The notes: generated from the letters alone by a model not told the origin. DNA of 56,322 nucleotides from an uncultured virus (IMG/VR IMGVR_UViG_2061766007_000564) (IMGVR_UViG_2061766007_000564); one strand, 5' to 3'; shown: positions 1-10,777, numbered from the stretch's first letter. Numbers and translations: made by a program.

Positions 1-1948
1 CCCCGGTGGCGTCCTTGCCAAGGAGTTCTGCCTTCGTCGTGGTCTCGGCCTCAACGATGCGGACTACCTGGAGAACAAGGAATACCTCAANNNNNNNNNN
101 NNNNNNNNNNNNNNNNNNNNNNNNNNNNNNNNNNNNNNNNNNNNNNNNNNNNNNNNNNNNNNNNNNNNNNNNNNNNNNNNNNNNNNNNNNNNNNNNNNNN
201 NNNNNNNNNNNNNNNNNNNNNNNNNNNNNNNNNNNNNNNNNNNNNNNNNNNNNNNNNNNNNNNNNNNNNNNNNNNNNNNNNNNNNNNNNNNNNNNNNNNN
301 NNNNNNNNNNNNNNNNNNNNNNNNNNNNNNNNNNNNNNNNNNNNNNNNNNNNNNNNNNNNNNNNNNNNNNNNNNNNNNNNNNNNNNNNNNNNNNNNNNNN
401 NNNNNNNNNNNNNNNNNNNNNNNNNNNNNNNNNNNNNNNNNNNNNNNNNNNNNNNNNNNNNNNNNNNNNNNNNNNNNNNNNNNNNNNNNNNNNNNNNNNN
501 NNNNNNNNNNNNNNNNNNNNNNNNNNNNNNNNNNNNNNNNNNNNNNNNNNNNNNNNNNNNNNNNNNNNNNNNNNNNNNNNNNNNNNNNNNNNNNNNNNNN
601 NNNNNNNNNNNNNNNNNNNNNNNNNNNNNNNNNNNNNNNNNNNNNNNNNNNNNNNNNNNNNNNNNNNNNNNNNNNNNNNNNNNNNNNNNNNNNNNNNNNN
701 NNNNNNNNNNNNNNNNNNNNNNNNNNNNNNNNNNNNNNNNNNNNNNNNNNNNNNNNNNNNNNNNNNNNNNNNNNNNNNNNNNNNNNNNNNNNNNNNNNNN
801 NNNNNNNNNNNNNNNNNNNNNNNNNNNNNNNNNNNNATACTGGCTTCGCCACCACGTTCAACCCGTGGCGTACCGGCGCTGGCGAAATGCTTTCCAACTT
901 CTCTGAAGGCACTCAGGAACGCACTGGCCTCGCTTACCCGTATGACTCTTCCTACGGTCAGCTCTACAACAACTTCGGTGGTGACACCCTTGACGGTTCC
1001 GATGAACTCGGTGCCTACGCCTACAACATCAAGAAGGCCAGTATCAAGGTGATTAGCGGCGCTATCCGCGTCGGTACTCGCGCCATCAAGAGCCACTACA
1101 CCCTCGAACTCCAGCAGGATATGGCTGCTGCCCACGGTCAGGACGTCGAAGCCCTGCTCCTCGAAGGCCTCCAGTTCGAAATCCAGCAGGAAATCGACCG
1201 TGAAATCCTCATGGCCATGGTGATGGTCGCCCAGAACGAAAAGCTCGGTGGCGAAAAGGTCATCACTGTTGACCTCTCCAAGACTGAAGCTGGTCCGGCT
1301 AAGGGTCGCTGGTCTGCTGAAAGCATCGCTTCCGGCATCGTGAACACCCTCATCGCCGTGTCTCGTAAGATTTCTCTTACGACCCGTATGGGCTGCGGTA
1401 ACTTTGCCATCGTCTCTCCGGACGTGGCTGCTGCTATCGCTACCTTGAACACCGGTATCTACAACCCGGGTGGCTACCTCGGCACTAACGTCGACTTCCA
1501 GCCGGCCGGTGGTGTTGCTGACGCTGGTACGTTGCTCAACGGCCAGATTAAGCTCTACCAGGATATCTACGCTAACGCCTCCTATGCCCTCGTTGGCTTC
1601 AAGGGTGGTCGTCAGGGTGAATCAGGTATCATCTTCATGCCGTACATTCCGTACATCTTCACGAAGACAGCTGGTCAGGAAGATGGTTCTCCGCGTCTCA
1701 TCGTCAAGTCTCGTTACGCTATCGTCGCGAACTTGCTCGGTGCCGGTCAGTTCTATCGTCTCGTCCAGTTCCTCAACGTGAACAACGTCCTCTACGGCCT
1801 AGACTTGTCTGAGGGTAACCAGCCGTGGCAGTCTAACGGTTCCTTCTCTGGCGACAGCCTGGAACCGGGTCTGGAATACGTTGTTGACCAGAACGACGAA
1901 ATGGTCAATGCTCCGGGTGGCATGACCTTCCAGAACAAGCGCTGGTAA
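1..1948 (+). CDS. gp23: Major capsid protein, T4 gp23-like (5' part truncated and gapped)
   Basis: Contains the gp23 family motifs YTLELQQDMAAAHGQDVEALL..LQFEIQQEIDREI, GNFAIVSPDVAAAI, GFKG..ESGIIFMPYIP and EDGSPRLIVKSRYA. Codon bias is strong. The frame stays open upstream of 887 into the N gap, and bases 2-90 are open in the same frame. Confidence 0.93.
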   Translation, partial: PGGVLAKEFCLRRGLGLNDADYLENKEYLXXXXXXXXXXXXXXXXXXXXXXXXXXXXXXXXXXXXXXXXXXXXXXXXXXXXXXXXXXXXXXXXXXXXXXXXXXXXXXXXXXXXXXXXXXXXXXXXXXXXXXXXXXXXXXXXXXXXXXXXXXXXXXXXXXXXXXXXXXXXXXXXXXXXXXXXXXXXXXXXXXXXXXXXXXXXXXXXXXXXXXXXXXXXXXXXXXXXXXXXXXXXXXXXXXXXXXXXXXXXXXXXXXXXXXXXXXXXXXXXXXXXXXXXXXTGFATTFNPWRTGAGEMLSNFSEGTQERTGLAYPYDSSYGQLYNNFGGDTLDGSDELGAYAYNIKKASIKVISGAIRVGTRAIKSHYTLELQQDMAAAHGQDVEALLLEGLQFEIQQEIDREILMAMVMVAQNEKLGGEKVITVDLSKTEAGPAKGRWSAESIASGIVNTLIAVSRKISLTTRMGCGNFAIVSPDVAAAIATLNTGIYNPGGYLGTNVDFQPAGGVADAGTLLNGQIKLYQDIYANASYALVGFKGGRQGESGIIFMPYIPYIFTKTAGQEDGSPRLIVKSRYAIVANLLGAGQFYRLVQFLNVNNVLYGLDLSEGNQPWQSNGSFSGDSLEPGLEYVVDQNDEMVNAPGGMTFQNKRW

Positions 1949-1977
1949 TTTTACCGCCTTGTTTCAAGGGCAAAATT

Positions 1978-2011
1978 GAAGAAGGGTGGCCTTATGGCTG
2001 CCCTTCTTTTT
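1978..2011 (+). terminator. Intrinsic terminator after the capsid gene
   Basis: GAAGGGTGGCC-ttat-GGCTGCCCTTC stem followed by a T run. Confidence 0.8.
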
Positions 2012-2124
2012 ATGTTTGTGGTTCGTCTGACCGTCAGTTTCTGTGAATACCAATCAAAATCTGACCAGCATTCTTGGTGAAGATGTCAACCCAATATGGT
2101 TTTGATGAAAACTTTAAAAATGTG

Positions 2125-2153
2125 TTGACATCAGCATTAAAAATATGTATATT
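2125..2153 (+). promoter_or_regulatory. Sigma70-type promoter of the endonuclease gene
   Basis: TTGACA (2125-2130), 17-nt spacer, TATATT (2148-2153) in an AT-rich intergenic region. Confidence 0.7.
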
Positions 2154-2158
2154 TCTTA

Positions 2159-3778
2159 ATGAAAGTAGACATTTTTATAACGTATGGTGGAGATTTTACT
2201 ATGAAATGCATGATATGTGAAGCAGAGGGCAAACTGGTCGAGTATGAAACGGCGTCGTCGTTGGGCAAGCATGTATGGAAAACCCATGGCATGAAACCGC
2301 AACAGTATTATGACACCTACTTAAAGGTTCCGGGTGCCGGTGAATGTGCGGAGTGCGGAAAGCCGACCAGTTTCAGGAGTATCGGGCAGGGATACAAGGA
2401 GTTTTGTTGCAAGAAGTGTGCCGCACATCATATAGCAAACGATGCGGAGCGAAATGCCCACAAGCGTGCTGCCTATACAAGCACGATGCAAGATAAATAT
2501 CATGTGAATAATTGTTCCGAGCTGAAATCCGTCAAGCAGAAGCGCATGACTACCATGAAAGAAAAATATGGGGTAGAGTATTATTCGCAGACACCTGAAT
2601 TCAAGGATAAGGCGGCTGAGACAAATACGGAAAGATACGGTGTGCGTAGTTACATAATGCTACCGGAATTCCAGGACAGACTCAAGAAGGCAAATATAGC
2701 CCGTATTGGCGTACCTTACCAGTTCTGCGTAAAGACCTCGGAAGCTGCAAAGCTATACAAGGAGTACCTTGATAAGCATGGTTGCGACCTGGTTGAATTT
2801 AGCGACAAGAAGCATATTACGTACCGTTGCCGTAAATGCGGCCACGAATCGACCGAGCAGGACTTGTTCTTGAAGGTTCGCGAAGGCGCGGGCGTACCGT
2901 TTTGCACGGCGTGCCACCCGAAATGCTCCCCTGTGTCCGGAGAGGAAATGTCGCTGAGGAATTTTGTCGAATCACTCGGAGTTACCGTCCAACACTATGA
3001 CCGCGGATTCATCGGGCCGTATGGTGCCGACATTGTTGTCGAGTCACGGAAGCTGATTATAGAGTATGACGGCTTGAGGTGGCATTCTGAACTGTGCGTA
3101 CCTGACGACTACCATCTAAAAAAGACTGAACTGGCCGAGGAGATGGGATATCGTCTCATTCATGTGTTTTCCGATGAATGGGAAGAGCGCGGTCCTATCG
3201 TTGAAGACCGTATAAGGAACATCCTTGGGATGCATGAGGTTACCGTCGGCGCAAGAAAATGCCATGTTGAACATGTAAGCAATGATGTGGCCAATGACTT
3301 TGCGGATACATATCATATACAGGGTTCTACCACCTCATCCGACAGATACGGCTTGTACAATGGGGATGAATTGTGCGCCCTGATGACGTTTGGCAAGTCT
3401 AGGTTTGAGGACAACACATGGGAACTCATAAGGTTCTGTACTAAGCGCGGCTATCATATACCTGGTGCGGCCGGAAAACTGTTCAACCGGTTCATTGATG
3501 AAAAGTCGCCGGAACGTATAGTTACATACGCTGACCGTAGATGGTCTGGGTCCAACGCATTCTATGGTTCAATCGGCTTTGAACCTGCCGGAGTTACCGA
3601 GCCGGGTTACTCCTACGTTGTCGGGAATCACCGGGTTAACCGACTGAATTTCCAGAAGCACAAGTTGGTTGCCGCCGGTGCCGATGCGGAACAGACAGAG
3701 CATGAAATCATGTACGGTCGCGGGATATACCGTATTTACGACTGCGGCCAGTACAAATACCGCTGGATACGCCGGTAA
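2159..3778 (+). CDS. Free-standing Hef-like homing endonuclease (Zn fingers + Vsr/PD-(D/E)xK nuclease + C-terminal Hef domain); alternative start 2201
   Basis: CxxC...HxxxxH and CxxC motifs, (K/R)YGV repeats, ADIVVESRKLIIEYDGLRWHS..GYRLIHVFSDEW nuclease motif, and C-terminal ARKC..HIQG..WELIRFC..YADRRWS..IYDCG. GC is lower than in neighbouring genes. Confidence 0.75.
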   Translation: MKVDIFITYGGDFTMKCMICEAEGKLVEYETASSLGKHVWKTHGMKPQQYYDTYLKVPGAGECAECGKPTSFRSIGQGYKEFCCKKCAAHHIANDAERNAHKRAAYTSTMQDKYHVNNCSELKSVKQKRMTTMKEKYGVEYYSQTPEFKDKAAETNTERYGVRSYIMLPEFQDRLKKANIARIGVPYQFCVKTSEAAKLYKEYLDKHGCDLVEFSDKKHITYRCRKCGHESTEQDLFLKVREGAGVPFCTACHPKCSPVSGEEMSLRNFVESLGVTVQHYDRGFIGPYGADIVVESRKLIIEYDGLRWHSELCVPDDYHLKKTELAEEMGYRLIHVFSDEWEERGPIVEDRIRNILGMHEVTVGARKCHVEHVSNDVANDFADTYHIQGSTTSSDRYGLYNGDELCALMTFGKSRFEDNTWELIRFCTKRGYHIPGAAGKLFNRFIDEKSPERIVTYADRRWSGSNAFYGSIGFEPAGVTEPGYSYVVGNHRVNRLNFQKHKLVAAGADAEQTEHEIMYGRGIYRIYDCGQYKYRWIRR

Positions 3779-3802
3779 CTCCCGGTAAAATATACGTCTT
3801 TA

Positions 3803-3834
3803 TGCCCGGATTCCGCCAGGAACCCGGGTATTTT
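3803..3834 (+). terminator. Intrinsic terminator
   Basis: TGCCCGGATTCC-gcca-GGAACCCGGGTA hairpin plus TTTT. Confidence 0.6.
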
Positions 3835-3869
3835 CCGTTTTATGGACTAGTTTTTCCCTGGGGCGGGCA

Positions 3870-3878
3870 TATAAACTA
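3870..3878 (+). promoter_or_regulatory. Putative late promoter TATAAACTA
   Basis: Motif recurs upstream of structural genes across the window and resembles the T4 late promoter TATAAATA. Confidence 0.7.
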
Positions 3879-3903
3879 TTGACGTATTTTACTGGAGTAT
3901 TCG

Positions 3904-4080
3904 ATGCTTGACAGCAAGACAGTGAAGGCTCTGATGACCGGAATCCTCAACGACGACGAGGCGGAGATTACCCGTATCGTCGACGCTTGCCTGGAGGCCG
4001 AGTACAGGAGCCAGCTAGAGACCACCTCCAGGGCGGTCTTCGAGAGCATGGCAAGCAAGCAGAAGCCGGTCATGGGATAA
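3904..4080 (+). CDS. Small prohead core protein (gp67/gp68-like position), 58 aa, absent from the ORF track
   Basis: MLDSKTVKALMTGILNDDEAEITRIVDACLEAEYRSQLETTSRAVFESMASKQKPVMG*. GGAG RBS at 3894. Lies directly upstream of the prohead protease. Confidence 0.65.
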   Translation: MLDSKTVKALMTGILNDDEAEITRIVDACLEAEYRSQLETTSRAVFESMASKQKPVMG

Positions 4081-4094
4081 CGGGGAGTGGAATT

Positions 4095-4811
4095 ATGGTT
4101 CTGGTCGAAGAAATGAATCCGGGCTCGGCCCAGTCGAGCGTCAGGATTGAGGAGCGCGTAGGGCTTGACGGAAAGCCGGTGAAGCGCCTCATCATCGAGG
4201 GTTACGCCATCGTATGCGACATTTCCGGCATCAACGGGCGTGAATATCCCAGGTCGATTATCGCACGCGAGGTCGACCGTCTCAACCGAGAGGCGGTCCC
4301 GTACGGACGTCTCGCTGCCGAGCTCAACCATCCGAGGCTGGACCCGGAGGGCAACTCCAGGGACTACCCCATCTGCGAGATGGACCTCTCCAAGCTCTGC
4401 GCCGTGGTGGAGGAGCTCCGCATGGAAGGCAACAAGGTGTTCTGCCGCATGGTGGTCGCCGAGGATACGGACGCCGGGCACAACCTCGCCGGGGCAATCA
4501 AGGCCGGGTACCGCCCGGGATACTCCATCCGTGGAGCCGGCGACACGATTCCCAAGGGAGACCACGAGGTGGTCACCGACAACTACACCCTTATCACCAT
4601 TGACGTGGTCGGCAACCCGAGCTTCGGCAAGGCCGCCATCGTCACGTCCCACGTCGAGTCTGCCGGGGACAAGGCTGTGCGCATGAAGGCGATTACCGAG
4701 TCAATCAACACTCTCGGTAAGGAAGTCGCCCGTAACCACCAGCTCCGCGACCTCGGGTACAGGCAGTACGACCTGGACGCATTCATCCACTTTGCACACG
4801 AGCAGGTATAG
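4095..4811 (+). CDS. gp21: Prohead core protease, T4 gp21-like
   Basis: LIIEG..NGREYP..AELNHP..GYSIRGAG..ITIDVVGNPS motifs of the gp21 family. GGAG RBS before ATG 4095. Confidence 0.92.
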   Translation: MVLVEEMNPGSAQSSVRIEERVGLDGKPVKRLIIEGYAIVCDISGINGREYPRSIIAREVDRLNREAVPYGRLAAELNHPRLDPEGNSRDYPICEMDLSKLCAVVEELRMEGNKVFCRMVVAEDTDAGHNLAGAIKAGYRPGYSIRGAGDTIPKGDHEVVTDNYTLITIDVVGNPSFGKAAIVTSHVESAGDKAVRMKAITESINTLGKEVARNHQLRDLGYRQYDLDAFIHFAHEQV

Positions 4812-4816
4812 GAAAG

Positions 4817-5719
4817 ATGGACTTGGAAAAGATTTTAACAGAGGAAGAGCGTTCGGGCCTCAATCCTGAGGTCCTGGCCAAGCTCGAGTCGGCCTACCGT
4901 TCCGACCTTGCCAGCGCGATGAAGGAAGAGAACCGCAAGACCAACGCCAAGTTCGAGTCCCTCATGCAGCTGGTCGGCAAGAAGGTCGACGAGAAGATTA
5001 CCCAGGCCGTCAGCACCGGCATGGACAAGATGAAGACTGACGCCATCAACAACAAGATGTTCGAGGCGCTGAGCCAGATTACCGGCATCATCGAGTCCGT
5101 CGGCATTCCCGCCACGGAAGAGACCAAGAATCTCCGGCAGCAGCTCCAGCAGACCGACAGCAAGCTCCAGGAAGCCTATGTCGAACGCCAGAACATCCTC
5201 AAGAAACTCAACTACCAGGCCAAGCTCAACCGCATCTATGAGCTGACCAAGGGTTCCAGTCCGGACATCGTCAACGCGGTCATCGAGCGTTTCAAGAACG
5301 AGGATATCCGCGCTATCGACAAGAACTCCATCGCTGACTTCATCGACAACAACGATACTGGTGACGGTTGCACTGTCAGCATCGACGCGGATGTTCCTAG
5401 CGTCGGCGGTGAAGGCAAGCCGATGCCTGACCTTGTCGACAAGGTCGAGCTCGCCCTTAGCGAAATCCAGGACGACGTGGACATGGACATGCCGGGCTTC
5501 CTCAGCACGGAAACCGCTGTCGAGGAGCCGGTCGTTCGCAAGCGCAAGCCGCTCGGCGAGGCGGTACGCAGGCCGTTCAAGCCGGAACGCGTCCGCATCC
5601 CCGCTACGGGCTCTGCAATGGCGGAAGCCGCCTCGATGGAACCGCAGTCCCCGGACGTGCAGGCAGCCATGGAACAGATGGCGGCATTCCAGGAACTCGG
5701 CTTCGGCAGGTTCAGCTAA
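4817..5719 (+). CDS. Prohead scaffolding protein, gp22-like
   Basis: Acidic, coiled-coil-like 300-aa protein immediately after gp21, with Phi-X-E-A motifs near the C-terminus. Confidence 0.65.
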   Translation: MDLEKILTEEERSGLNPEVLAKLESAYRSDLASAMKEENRKTNAKFESLMQLVGKKVDEKITQAVSTGMDKMKTDAINNKMFEALSQITGIIESVGIPATEETKNLRQQLQQTDSKLQEAYVERQNILKKLNYQAKLNRIYELTKGSSPDIVNAVIERFKNEDIRAIDKNSIADFIDNNDTGDGCTVSIDADVPSVGGEGKPMPDLVDKVELALSEIQDDVDMDMPGFLSTETAVEEPVVRKRKPLGEAVRRPFKPERVRIPATGSAMAEAASMEPQSPDVQAAMEQMAAFQELGFGRFS

Positions 5720-5757
5720 GTACTTTCCCGGGGATTTCGTCTCCTTGGTTCCCGGGA

Positions 5758-5788
5758 GCGGCGCGGCGTCATTGCCGCGCCGTTTTTT
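5758..5788 (+). terminator. Intrinsic terminator
   Basis: GCGGCGCGGCG-tcat-TGCCGCGCCGT plus T run. Confidence 0.75.
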
Positions 5789-5836
5789 GATATAGTTTCC
5801 GTGTTAGATAAACTGTGAAATGACGGAGAATTCCCG

Positions 5837-6472
5837 ATGAGACAACAGGATTACAACGCTAGACCCCAGAACTTCAGCCGTCCGGCGAATCCCATGATGA
5901 ATGGGCAGATGATGAACGGCCAGCCGATGATGCAGCAGCGCCCGATGATGCAACAGCCGATGATGCAGCAGCGTCCGATGATGCAGCAGCCGATGATGCA
6001 GCCGCAGCGCATGCCGATGCAGCCGCAGCCCGTGATGAACGGCGGGAATTTCGCCCCGCGTCCGGCAAATCCGCAGATGCAGATGAACAACGGGATGTTC
6101 GGCGCAGGAAACTACCAGCAGCAGGATACGATGCCCGGCTTCGAGGGTTCGTACAACGGCGAGGACTGGAACAACATCCAGCTCGGCGACGTGCGCGACA
6201 ACCTCAGCAAGGAACAGGCTCAGGCCAGTGTCGACCAGATGGACCAGTTCATCGAGCAGATGCAGGGACAGGTCGACATGGGCGTCGCGTCGTCCGGCAA
6301 CATCGACCAGGTCTCCTCTGCAATCAAGATGCTCGTCGGCCTCCTGCAGAACCCGAAGGGATGGCTCCCGACCAATACTAGCCAGCACCACGTCGAGCTG
6401 ATTACCACCCACGGCGGGAACATCGCAAAGACATTGACAAAATTCGCCAACGCCATCGCACAGTTGAAGTAA
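5837..6472 (+). CDS. Hypothetical late protein with Q/M/P/N-rich low-complexity N-terminus
   Basis: GGAG RBS, upstream ATAAACT (5808-5814), tandem PMMQQ(R) units, helical-looking C-terminal half. Confidence 0.85.
   Translation: MRQQDYNARPQNFSRPANPMMNGQMMNGQPMMQQRPMMQQPMMQQRPMMQQPMMQPQRMPMQPQPVMNGGNFAPRPANPQMQMNNGMFGAGNYQQQDTMPGFEGSYNGEDWNNIQLGDVRDNLSKEQAQASVDQMDQFIEQMQGQVDMGVASSGNIDQVSSAIKMLVGLLQNPKGWLPTNTSQHHVELITTHGGNIAKTLTKFANAIAQLK
5923..6030 (+). repeat. Coding tandem repeat (ccgatgatgcagcag units, PMMQQ)
   Basis: About five copies of a 15-18 nt unit read directly from the sequence. Confidence 0.85.
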
Positions 6473-6473
6473 G

Positions 6474-9400
6474 ATGAACCTAGTCACCCTGATACACAGA
6501 CCGTACAAGGAGAATAGCGAGGTGCCCTCTTCCGGTGATACCGGGCGGGTACTGTGGTCGCTGTGGAAGAACCCTACCGGAGAGGAAGACTGCCCGCCGA
6601 TATACGGATGGGACTACGAGCCGCTCGTGGCCGGGGAAGTGCGCGACCTAGATGACGCCGCGTACCTTGCGACGCTGACAATCGGCGGTGACTTTGCATA
6701 CAACATAAAGGCTGTATGGTACATCCCGGAGCACCGGGACGAGGTCGAGATTCCCGACGGTTACATGACCGAGGCGGAGCTCGAGGCGACCAGGCGTGCT
6801 ACGCATGAGGGAGTCGTAGACGAGGAGGAGAAGGAGAGAATCCTCGCCGAGCTTATTGCCGACATCTGGGACGATATCAACCCGGAAATGTATTTCGTAC
6901 GCGACCCGGATACCGGTGACTGGGACCTCTATTCCGTTACCGGCAAGGTCCCGAAGACCGTCTACATGAAGGTCGTGTGCGAGCAGGAAGGGAACACCAT
7001 CGTCCAGGAGTTCTCGCTGCCGATTTCCTTCCCGACCGACGTCGATGCCGACCCCAGGTTCGAGATAAGCCCTCCGACTTTCCCGTACTATTCGCAGGCG
7101 CAAGTGGACTGCATCACTGTCGGGTACCTCGTATTCGATTCCGACGTAGTGGCGGAAATTCTCGACGCCAGGTACGACGGGGAATGCTCCGGCGACGACT
7201 GCCTGTTCGAGGTGGCCGTGGACGAGTACGGCTCTTACTACCTGAACACCAGGTTCGTCGAGTCCGAGCAGGAACACGTGGAATTCAATGTCCCGCTCTA
7301 CATAAAGTATCTCAACTCGGTATCGGGACACGAGGTCGAGATACGCAAGGAATTTACTATCTACGGGCGCAGTACGGTGTTCATGGCTGAACCGTACGTC
7401 AAGTACGTCCGCAACCTGGCCACGCGTGTAGGGAAGTCCGAGCTGGTGACCATACTGGGCGGGAACTTCACGCAGGACATGAACGTCCGCCTTTCCTACG
7501 GGAGCGAGTGGTCCAAGGTGATACCCCACGAGGAGCTGATATTCGGCAAGGAGGAGCCGTGGGACACCATAGGCTTCGTGATGAACCCTACCCTTGCCAT
7601 GACGACGACCGGCGGCGAGGAGCCGTGCGCGGTGTACGACCTGCAGGTCGGATACGGCGACGGGGCGGGTTTCATCGGGCTCGCCGGCACCGGGGATTCC
7701 AAGATGGCCCTGGAGAACAACGTCGGCCTCATCAGGTACAAGTACAACGCCGACACACAGGCGGAACAGAAGAAGGCGTCTGCGGGCACGGCAGTGACCA
7801 CCAACACAGCATGCTTCTACGCCACCGATATAGAGATGGTGTACGACGGCACCGATGGCAGGGGCAACGCAACGCAGAACGGCGGGGCTTCCGGCAAGTT
7901 CGGCAAGACCATCTACTGGAAGGTAAACCCGGAAGTCGACTGCGAGAAGATACGCTACGTAAGGGTCAAGCTGAAGTACAACAAGCGACTCGACTACCGC
8001 AAGGGCAACATGGTCCTTGACGGAGTCAGCCTCACCGACGGCGACGTCGTGTGGCTCGCCGGGCAGATGGACGACACGGACGGCCTATGGGTCGTAAGCT
8101 CCGGCGACTGGGAAGGGCTGCAGGACTATTTCGAGCCGGAAGAGTATTCCGGGAAGACAGGGGACCCGTGCATCGACCCGGAACCGGTCCCGCTTCCTGT
8201 CGACGACACGGTATTCGTGGACCTCGGCGCACGAGTCAACGACAGCGTCGACCATAGGTGCGCCCAGGATGTACCGGAGAAGTACGGGACGCAGGTCGTG
8301 TGCGGATACACGACGAAGCCCGGGGACCTGATTATCCTCGCCAACCAGAACGACGGACGTGACGGCCTTTGGGAAGTCACCTGCGCCGACTGGATTTACC
8401 GTGGCCAGGTCAACGACAGCGGAACTACCGACTTTGACGCGTCGGACGCGATTCTCTNNNNNNNNNNCGATGACGCCGCGTACCTTGCGACGTTGACAAT
8501 CGGCGGTGACTTTGCATACAACATAAAGGCTGTCTGGTACATCCCGGAGCACCGGGACGAGGTCGAGATTCCCGACGGTTATATGACCGAGGCGGAGCTC
8601 GAGGCGACAAGTCGGGCTACGCATGAGGGGGTCGTAGACGAGGAGGAGAAGGAGAGAATCCTCGCCGAGCTCATTGCCGACATCTGGGACGACATCAACC
8701 CGGAAANNNNNNNNNNACCAGAACAACATCAATTTCTGCGCATGCCGTGATTCGCTGCGCAACCCCATATACAACATCGAGTACTACTACCTCAACGCCG
8801 GGTGCTACCTGGCTACCGCCGTGCGCAAGGTCAAGATGATATGCGCGAGGTACGGGGGCATAGTGCCGAACAACCAGGTCGTCATTACCGACTACGCGAT
8901 TACGGTCGGCGCCGAGAAGGAACTCGTCGTGGACACTGGCCTCACGGCCGGCGACGGCCAGGCGGAGGACTGCACGAAGCCCAACGACAACTTCGAGCAG
9001 GAGAACGGCGACAACACTGCCGAGGTGACCCGCGGATGCGGTGCCGGGGGCGTATACATCCAGGCTCCTGACTGCAAGAACATCTGCGATTGCCCGAGGT
9101 ACTACCTGCTTGACGGGACGTTCGACAACACCAAGATTGGACGCGGGTTCAGCCTGGTGTTCTGGCAGTTCGGCGAGGGCGGATGGCACCTGTATGCGTA
9201 CATCCAGCAGAAGGGAGGAGGTACCTCGGTGTCATACTACGTTTACCATCTCCACGTATGCGGCATAGCATTGCCGAACATGGTGGACGAGAACACCGAC
9301 GTCTACATCGTCGACGACCGCGGACTTCCTACCAGCAAGCGCACGAAGGACGCATGGTTCGTAGCGCACGGCGGCGTGCTTGCCGACGGGTTCGGGATGT

Positions 9401-9891
9401 ACGACGAGAGCTGGAACTTCGTCGTTCCGGTGACTGACGAGGAAGGCAACCCGGTGTACGACGAGTACGGCAACAGGGTTACCGAGATATCCCACGAGCT
9501 CAACGCGGATACGCTGTTCCAGAACTGGAGCCTGCACGCCCCTACTTCAACAAGCAACGTTGCCACCAAGATGCTCGCCCATGCGGCGACTATCGGCGAG
9601 GGCGAGGTTGCCGAGGGCATTTCCCATTCGTACGGTTTCAAGTTCTACCATACCCCGTTGACCAAGGAACGCTTCTGCCAGATTTACAACTCCGGCAGCG
9701 GCGGGTGCGTGTGCCAGGATACCTGGACGGGGCTCGTTACCGACCAGTGCTACGATTCCGACGGGTTTGCCGTGGACTGCCACGAGCTCGCCTCGGAAGG
9801 CCCGGCGTTCATCACGACCGACAGCGACGAGGTAATCGTCGTGGACAAGGCCTGTTTCGACGACAGCGGGACCAAAATAGACTGCGACTAG
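6474..9891 (+). CDS. Large Cys-rich virion structural protein (interrupted by a duplicated haplotype piece at 8468-8706)
   Basis: ORFs 6474-8457 and 8717-9891 join across 10-N gaps. Two copies of the fibre-type motif (DGVSLTDGDVVWLAGQ..DGLWVV..GDW; GDLIILANQ..DGLWEV..ADW) and an IPT/Ig-like segment (VTILGGNF). Confidence 0.65.
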
Positions 9892-9928
9892 GCCATAAAC
9901 TACCGTTGTCAAAAGATAGCGGAAGACT

Positions 9929-10729
9929 ATGGAAAGCACTACCGGAATTCAGAAGAAGATTGTTGAGCTCGACCCGTTCGGCGTCGAGGTTATTCCCGAT
10001 ACAGAAGGCAACCTCCACCCGGTATGGTCGGCTGGAGAGGAACCCCCCGCCGAGGCGGGGCTGGTCGCCGTATCGGTACCGCTGAATTCCCGCAGCAGGT
10101 ACACCGTGAAGGTGCCACTTCCGGTTGCCGGCGAGGGTCTCTACCAGTCCGAGAACGGCGTGGTCGAGGTGAACTACGACCCGAACACGATGGAAATCCT
10201 CCCGGACGGCTCGCTTGCCTCCAAGGCCGCTGCCGGGTCTGCCGTAGAGTTCGGCGTGCATGGCCTGAAACTGGTTCCCGGCCTGCAGGTGATTGGGTTC
10301 AGCGCCGGCGATGCCGACTGCCACAGGACTTCGGTTCTCGTCTCCCCGGACAATTATCCTGTCAACCGCCAGACTGCGCTGGAAGAGGGCGACATGGTAT
10401 TCCCGGGAAGCGCCAAGTGGGTGAAGGCGGAAGCCATACTCACTTTCACTGTGCCCAGCTACATGGAGAACAGCTGGGAATACGACTGCGCGTTCGTGGT
10501 GCAGTCCCTGGACCCGTCCAGCGCCGAGAGCGAGAGGGTTCTCGCCACGTACGAGTTCCCGTTCAGCCTGGACACCACCGAGCACATCTCGGTAATCAAG
10601 TGCCCGGTTTCACTGTACAACGGCAACGGGACCGCCATTCGTCTCCGTACCGGAATCCAGTGGACGCGCGATGGCGAACCCGCCAAGGAAATTTCTTGCA
10701 CCGGAAAGGTCACAGTCTCGGCCATTTAG
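9929..10729 (+). CDS. Hypothetical late (probably structural, beta-rich) protein
   Basis: 266-aa ORF with genome-typical codon usage, ATAAACTA at 9895-9902 upstream. Confidence 0.7.
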   Translation: MESTTGIQKKIVELDPFGVEVIPDTEGNLHPVWSAGEEPPAEAGLVAVSVPLNSRSRYTVKVPLPVAGEGLYQSENGVVEVNYDPNTMEILPDGSLASKAAAGSAVEFGVHGLKLVPGLQVIGFSAGDADCHRTSVLVSPDNYPVNRQTALEEGDMVFPGSAKWVKAEAILTFTVPSYMENSWEYDCAFVVQSLDPSSAESERVLATYEFPFSLDTTEHISVIKCPVSLYNGNGTAIRLRTGIQWTRDGEPAKEISCTGKVTVSAI

Positions 10730-10777
10730 TCCAGAAAGGTCTAGTTTAAGGCCAAAGAAACTTAGGCGGGCTTTACA

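Noticed and set aside
6..1052. ORFs spanning long N runs (also 51809-53120)
   Set aside because: Artefacts of translating through gaps.
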